Assembly: GCA_040182905.1 (NCBI GenBank)
Contig: JARQWU010000102.1
Span: forward strand, 1 to 32,844
DNA: 32,844 bases
Source of the DNA: Barthelona sp. PAP020
Lineage: Eukaryota
Direction: 5' to 3'
How positions within the stretch are numbered: position 1 is the stretch's first letter; every line of letters starts with the position of its first letter. Under the pieces are notes generated by a model that saw only the letters and a list, made by a program, of their open reading frames with translations, was not told the DNA's origin and made no database searches. Below are positions 27,465 to 32,844 of this stretch, in pieces. The translations under genes and the position numbers were made by a program.

Positions 27465-28350
27465 ATGGATAGAAACTATTTATCGAATAATGTTGACGAT
27501 GCTTTGGCATTAGGAATTGCAGAAACTGTTATGAGTCAACCTTTAGATCCTATTAAATATTTGGGAGAATGGTTGTTGGCTTATGATGAAAAACTTCAGA
27601 TGAGTCAAAAGGTAAATCATTTTTACATCAATTTGTTACTAACTTTTATAGCAACGTCAAGAAGAAAAAAATTATCAACAATCCCTTATTGATATTCAAA
27701 AGGACAAAGAAATTGATTTACAAAACCTTCAAAATGTCTTGATAACTGAAAAACAACAATTAGAACAAATGAAAATTGATGAAGAAAAAAGAAGAAAAGA
27801 AAAACAAGTTGAATTGCAAAAATATCATGAAAAGTTGGAAGAAGAAAGAATTATGAAAGATCCTTTGTTAAGAAATCGTCGTTTTTTGGTCAATATTCGC
27901 GAAGAACTTGGTAATTTACCTGCTTCATCATTATTAGATTTAAAGCGTAGCTCTGATGTTGAAACATCCGTTCATAAGGTGATTAAGGGAATATTCTATG
28001 TATTGGGGAAAAGACCATCTGAAATGGAAACTTGGAGTGAAATTAGAGGTCACATTGCTGGTTCTTTATTCAAAACTTTAAAAGCTTTTGACCCTGAAGA
28101 GAGATCTAAAAAACCATTGTATCGTCGTTCAAAAACCGTTCTTGATTCTTTCACTGAAGAAGAAATTGAGGAAATAAATGGAAATGCAATCATCAGTGTT
28201 TGTTACAGATTTTTCAAAGTGGCTGTTGAGTTGCATGAAGCCGTAATTGGTGAAAAAATAAAAGAAGCATTATCTGATGGTTTTGAAGCACAAGACGTTG
28301 ATGATGAAGAAGATTTTGATGATGATGAAGAAGAAACAGTGTTTGTATAA
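27465..28350 (+). CDS. Dpy-30-motif protein (DYDC/radial-spoke-like) with coiled coil, 281 aa; exons 27465-27611 and 27652-28350
   Basis: YLSNNVDDALALGIAETVMSQPLDPIKYLGEWL is a Dpy-30 motif. A 40-bp intron GTAAAT...ACTAAC...TAG joins two track ORFs in frame. Confidence 0.85.
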
Positions 28351-28384
28351 TAAAATATATTTCATTTTTATTTTTATTTTAAAT

Positions 28385-28838
28385 ATGTCTGAAATTCCAT
28401 CATATTCGTTTGTAACCAATCCAGACAGAAAGTATTAATCATTTAACAATTCCATTTCTAACCAATTTTTAGATTACCTCATGAAAATGTTAAACAAATA
28501 TTGAGGTCTACTTTCGAAGAATATTTGGGAAATAAAGAGTAAATAATCGATATATTAATAATTTTATGGCTAACTATTTTAGTTATCATCCTGAAGAAAG
28601 TTTAAATTGGAGCAAGATAATGGCTGACCATATTAGAGATCAATTGAAATTGATGAGTGTAGAAAGATATAAATATTGTGTTCAAGTTACAATTGGAGAA
28701 AATAGAGGTGAAGGTGTTGTTATGGGAACAAAATGTTTTTGGGATGAAAATTCTGATTCATATGTGTCTGAAAGTTTTACAAATCGAACTTTATTTTGTG
28801 TAGCTACTGTTTATGGTGTGTATATGTATCATAGGTAA
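28385..28838 (+). CDS. Tctex-1 family dynein light chain, 122 aa; exons 28385-28431, 28473-28538, 28583-28838
   Basis: RYKYCVQVTIGENRGEGV...CFWDENSD...LFCVATVYGVY. Introns of 41 and 44 bp with CTAAC give a 369-nt spliced CDS. Confidence 0.93.
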
Positions 28839-28922
28839 AGTGAATTTTCAATAATTTATTGTTATTTTTTTTTTTAATCAGTATTATATCGAAGTTTTTA
28901 GGAAATAATTTGAAAATTAAAG

Positions 28923-30506
28923 ATGAATGAATTACTTGAGGAGTTTAATGATACTCCTGAAAAAAATCATTTGATGTTTCGAGAATTTAGTAATTTTGAA
29001 TCATGTTTATCGATATCTAAGAATGGTAGATTAGGATATTTAATGGATAAAGAGATACGTTTATTTGATTGTTATCAAATGGATCGTAGTTACAATGAAT
29101 TTTTATTGGAAGAAACAGATGAAAATAATAATTCTGTAAAAATAAAATATGAAGGAACTAAATATCATCCATCGTATTGTATTGAATTATTACAAAGAAA
29201 AAAAAAAGAAAGGGTTCCAATTAAATTTGTTTGGTCCCCCCCTGTTAATGATTTTTATGAATATTTAATTGTACTATTTAATAATTACACAATAGAAGTG
29301 TATGAATTATCAAAAGAAGTAAGTAGGTTTGAATCTTATCAATATTCATTTGGTTTAAATGAGTTTTTATCTGATGAAATTTTTGATGTTACTATTATTG
29401 ATGATGATGCAAATGAGTGGAAAGATCGTAAGGAGAAGACATTGTTTACGACACTTTTTTGGAATAATGATAATGGCAACCATCATTTGTTTATCGGAAC
29501 TTTTTTTGGATATCTATATGAAGTTTCTATTGATTTTGACACCAAACAGGCACAATTTATTAATCTAATTAATTTTGATAGTCCTATAATGTGTATACAT
29601 GAGACAAATGATTTTGAGTTGTTTGTTAGCACTTATGAGGGCATATATATGTGTAATAAAGAACGAAAGATCATCAATTCTTGTGAATTTGATGGAAATA
29701 GATTTGTAAACCCCTTAAGAGTCAATAATTTGTGGTACTTTACAAGTTCCAATGAATTATATTATTTTGATGATGGTATTCATATCAAACATACATTCAC
29801 CCATGGAATTCGAGGAATCGAGTGTTATGATGATCGTGAACTGGTTATTGCACTTGAAAACGGGGAAATTCTCGCTGAAAACCTGAAATCAAGTGAGGTA
29901 GACCTTAAAGTCATCGTCGATAAAAAAGTTGAGTCTTTCATTCAAAACATTCAATTTTATAACGGTTGGTACTTCTATTCTTTGAGAACTGACAAGCGTT
30001 TGGAAAGAATTTCTGTATTTAGTTCATTACACTGGTTTCCAATCATTTTCGATTCTCTAACAACGGTTCAAAATATCACATTGTTTGAAATCAATAAAAA
30101 TAAACTTTTAGAAAAGAATGTCAATCTTACTTTGGAAAAAAAAGATTTTTTGATTTATAATCAATTGTTAGCCAAAGCAAAAGACCCAGTAATAAAGGAT
30201 TACAAAATAATAAGTGAATTATTTGAAACAATTGAGTTCCCTTTTGTAGTCAAAGATAAGTGCATTTTTTGTGATGAGGATATTATTTTGGTTAATGACA
30301 TTTGGACCTGTGAAAATAATCATCCAATAGATGTTTGCCATATTACAGGACAATTGATTACACTGGAAGATATTGAAAACGTTGTATATTGTCCTTGTTG
30401 TCATAGTACTTATTTATTACATAATATTAATAAAACAACAGGTAGATGTTGTATATGTGGGTGCCATTTAAGAAAATCTTTAAAAAATAAAAGTCTTTTG
30501 AGTTGA
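28923..30506 (+). CDS. Beta-propeller protein with C-terminal Cys-rich zinc fingers, TFIIIC subunit delta (GTF3C4/Tfc8)-like
   Basis: FVWSP motif and WD40-like strands. C-terminus CIFC...CENNH...CHITG...CPCC...CCICG matches the zf-TFIIIC layout. Confidence 0.65.
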   Translation: MNELLEEFNDTPEKNHLMFREFSNFESCLSISKNGRLGYLMDKEIRLFDCYQMDRSYNEFLLEETDENNNSVKIKYEGTKYHPSYCIELLQRKKKERVPIKFVWSPPVNDFYEYLIVLFNNYTIEVYELSKEVSRFESYQYSFGLNEFLSDEIFDVTIIDDDANEWKDRKEKTLFTTLFWNNDNGNHHLFIGTFFGYLYEVSIDFDTKQAQFINLINFDSPIMCIHETNDFELFVSTYEGIYMCNKERKIINSCEFDGNRFVNPLRVNNLWYFTSSNELYYFDDGIHIKHTFTHGIRGIECYDDRELVIALENGEILAENLKSSEVDLKVIVDKKVESFIQNIQFYNGWYFYSLRTDKRLERISVFSSLHWFPIIFDSLTTVQNITLFEINKNKLLEKNVNLTLEKKDFLIYNQLLAKAKDPVIKDYKIISELFETIEFPFVVKDKCIFCDEDIILVNDIWTCENNHPIDVCHITGQLITLEDIENVVYCPCCHSTYLLHNINKTTGRCCICGCHLRKSLKNKSLLS

Positions 30507-30682
30507 AAATTTTGCAGATAAAATAATTTCTTTTTTTTTTTTCAAATTATTAAATTTTTGGCAATTAAATAATAATATTTGTAAAATAATGGTTTATGAA
30601 GTGATTGTTTGGATATGAAATTCAAAAAATAATGAAAAAATAATATTTGGGCTCCAATTCATTAACTTTTTTTAATTGTATA

Positions 30683-31063
30683 ATGACCTCTTTAGCCGGT
30701 TTGGAAACAATTGTTGATCATAAGTTACAACAACTTGGTGAACTTCAACAGAATATTCAACAAATGGAACAACAAAATCGTGAATTGTTTGCAAGATTAT
30801 CCGAATCGGATGCTATATTAAATGAATTGAAACATTGTGATGAAGATACCAAATTTTACAAGTTGGAAGGTCCCGTATTAATTCCTCAAGAATTTCAAGA
30901 AGTTCAATCGACTGTTAATACAATGCATTCTATTTACCGTCGTGAAAGTGAGAAACTTTTGTCCAAACTAAAAGAAATCAATGTTGAAGTTGATCAAAAG
31001 AAAGTTGAATATAATGAAGCTGTTGGTCGTTTGAACAAAAAGCGTGATACAGTGAAACATTAG
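30683..31063 (+). CDS. PFDN6: Prefoldin beta subunit 6
   Basis: Coiled coils around FYKLEGPVLIPQEFQEVQSTV. ATG is at 30683 (the track start is TTG). Confidence 0.85.
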   Translation: MTSLAGLETIVDHKLQQLGELQQNIQQMEQQNRELFARLSESDAILNELKHCDEDTKFYKLEGPVLIPQEFQEVQSTVNTMHSIYRRESEKLLSKLKEINVEVDQKKVEYNEAVGRLNKKRDTVKH

Positions 31064-31275
31064 TTTAATGAAGGTTGTTATTTACCAAATTTTGTCCGGT
31101 ATGATATTGCAAAGAATATAAAATCAATCATGTTTTTTTTCTTTTCTTTTTCATTCTCAGACAATGTTTCATCCAAAAGATAATAACAAACATGTTTCCT
31201 GAATGTTTACACAAAAAATAAAAGAAAAATAAAGTTTAAATGACTTTATTCAACCGATTGCGTTCTAAAAAAAAA

Positions 31276-31812
31276 TTAGAAACCAAATTCAGCATTACGA
31301 CCAGTAAGGTCCTTGTAAATCAAAGAGAAAAGATGGGTGCGATCTTCAGCTGTTTCACGATGGGTTGCATCAAGTCTAATATATTCAGTTTGAACAGACT
31401 TACGATCACCAGAACGAAGGGTGTGACGAACATGTCTACCAACAATTTCTGAAGGGAAAACAACATCTTCAAGAATTAATTGATGAACAGCAGTAAGAGT
31501 ACGGCTATGAGGTCTTTTTTGACGCTTAATGTGACTTTTGTTGCTCTCTTGAGGAATAATAGTAGCCTTAGAAACAAAAACACAGGGGCAATTCATCTTC
31601 TTTTCCATATCAGCAGTGAGTCTGTCTTGGAAAACACGAAGACGTTTCATCAAAGGAACGGGAACGAAAATAACACAAACTTCAGAATCATCAACGAGAA
31701 TCTTCTTGGCACCAACAATCTTGAAATTGTTGAGGTGATGCTTAAGATCACTGTTGGTATTTTGAATATCAATAATATCTTGCTTGATTTGTTCTAACAC
31801 TGGTTCAGCCAT
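31276..31812 (-). CDS. RPS7: 40S ribosomal protein eS7
   Basis: VIFVPVP and RQKRPHSRTLTAVHQLILEDVVFPSEIVGR. Confidence 0.97.
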   Translation of the reverse strand: MAEPVLEQIKQDIIDIQNTNSDLKHHLNNFKIVGAKKILVDDSEVCVIFVPVPLMKRLRVFQDRLTADMEKKMNCPCVFVSKATIIPQESNKSHIKRQKRPHSRTLTAVHQLILEDVVFPSEIVGRHVRHTLRSGDRKSVQTEYIRLDATHRETAEDRTHLFSLIYKDLTGRNAEFGF

Positions 31813-31921
31813 TTAAACAAGGTAGGAAAAAGCCTCTAATAAAAAAGTGAAGGAAAAATTGGTGGGTGAAAATTGAAAAATTCCAAATTTTTTTCACTTT
31901 TTGTCCTCTACATTTTTATCA
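31813..31921. promoter_or_regulatory. Bidirectional promoter between RPS7 and RPS25
   Basis: 109-bp spacer with outward-facing TCACTT motifs (31845-31850 on minus, 31894-31899 on plus). Confidence 0.6.
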
Positions 31922-32277
31922 ATGGTATGATTTATTGATACAATTATTTATTTATATTTATTCTAGACTTCAATAACTAATATTAGGCTGTCAAAAAATC
32001 TTGGAACGTCAGATCTGAAACTGAAAAGAAAAATTACAAAGTTGCTTTCGATACTGAAGGTAAATTAACCTATGACATTTTCTTAAAGGATATGCAAAAG
32101 AAAAGAATGGTCACTCCTGCTTCTGTTGCTGAAACATACAAAGTTAACATGTCCGTTGCCCGTGCATGTCTTCGTCAATTGGCTAGAGATGGTATTTTAA
32201 AACCTATTGTTCGTGACCAAACTGGTCATGTTTACGCTCGTGTTGGTCAAGACGTCGAAGAGACTGATGAAAACTAA
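31922..32277 (+). CDS. RPS25: 40S ribosomal protein eS25, 97 aa; exon 1 is the ATG only (31922-31924), exon 2 is 31987-32277
   Basis: ATG|GTATGA...ACTAATATTAG| (62-bp intron), then AVKKSW...KVAFD...MVTPASVAETYKVNMSVARACLRQLARDGILKPI...VYAR. Confidence 0.92.
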
Positions 32278-32844
32278 AATTTTGGATTATTCCAGTTTTT
32301 ATAAACAAATGACATCCATTGGCTTTTATTTTTATTATCTTTTTGTATTTTTTTTTCTAAATGCTCTTTCTTTTCAGGTGAAACAAAGATTATATTGGCA
32401 TATTACAAATTCTAACTTTCCCTTTATTATTATCATCAATCAAGGTAAAATAAACAATGTTTTTTCTTAGTCCAAGAATACTGTTTGTTTAAGTGACTTA
32501 ACAAGAATAAGTTTATGTTATTACAAGATCATGTGCCGACTCCAATTGATTCTTTGTAAAATAAATACGAAGAGTTAAATTTTTAACACTTCATTTTCAC
32601 AAAATGCAAAAATACCCCTGCATGGAAAATTTTTCATGATTTTATTTCTGATTTTCAATGTTGAATTTCGTTCATTAATTTATTAGATATTTATGAGTTA
32701 TGAGTTGTTCAGTGAACAACGAAACGAGTTAGCTTAGGTTTGGGAAAAACTCACGTGGATTCAGATGCCCAAGTAACTTAAAAAATTGGACCTAAAGATG
32801 GTCAAGAAACAACAAAATAAAGGAAGTGATATTTGATGACCTCT

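Noticed and set aside
32207..32470. 87-aa hydrophobic ORF after RPS25
   Set aside because: Non-ATG start, and the Phe-rich stretch comes from the T-rich 3' UTR.
32704..32720. Inverted repeat GTTGTTCA-G-TGAACAAC near the window end
   Set aside because: An isolated short palindrome with no recognisable RNA family or context.
1..32844. Alternative genetic code or prokaryotic origin
   Set aside because: TAA, TAG and TGA all end genes at plausible positions, and spliceosomal introns and eukaryote-specific genes are present.

Overview
AT-rich, gene-dense eukaryotic (protist) DNA. It uses the standard code, has 40-62 bp GT-AG introns with a CTAAC/CTAAT branch point, and has TCAYTT initiator-like motifs. 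A flagellate, possibly a metamonad, is inferred but not established. Two compact housekeeping blocks flank the centre. Left: eIF4A-family 3' end, POT1, SHQ1, Ubl-eS31, coiled-coil protein, class-3 lipase. Right: dynamin-related protein, ENO4-like, EF-hand, CSN3-like, DPM3, Dpy-30 protein, Tctex, TFIIIC-delta, prefoldin 6, eS7, eS25. Between them is a loosely packed ~13.5 kb accessory island bounded by decayed transposon-like sequence. The island's main feature is a head-to-head pair of paralogous genes. One is an intact kinase with ~22 ankyrin repeats that are conserved in framework, variable at the surface and recently shuffled. The other is an MLKL-like protein (N-terminal helical bundle, coiled-coil brace, HRN/NFE pseudokinase). 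Next to them are a gene resembling alpha-helical pore-forming toxins and a bacterial-type HAD phosphatase. The pair is a candidate sensor-executioner, necroptosis-like immunity/cell-death module in a protist. All family assignments are from motif recognition by eye, not database searches.
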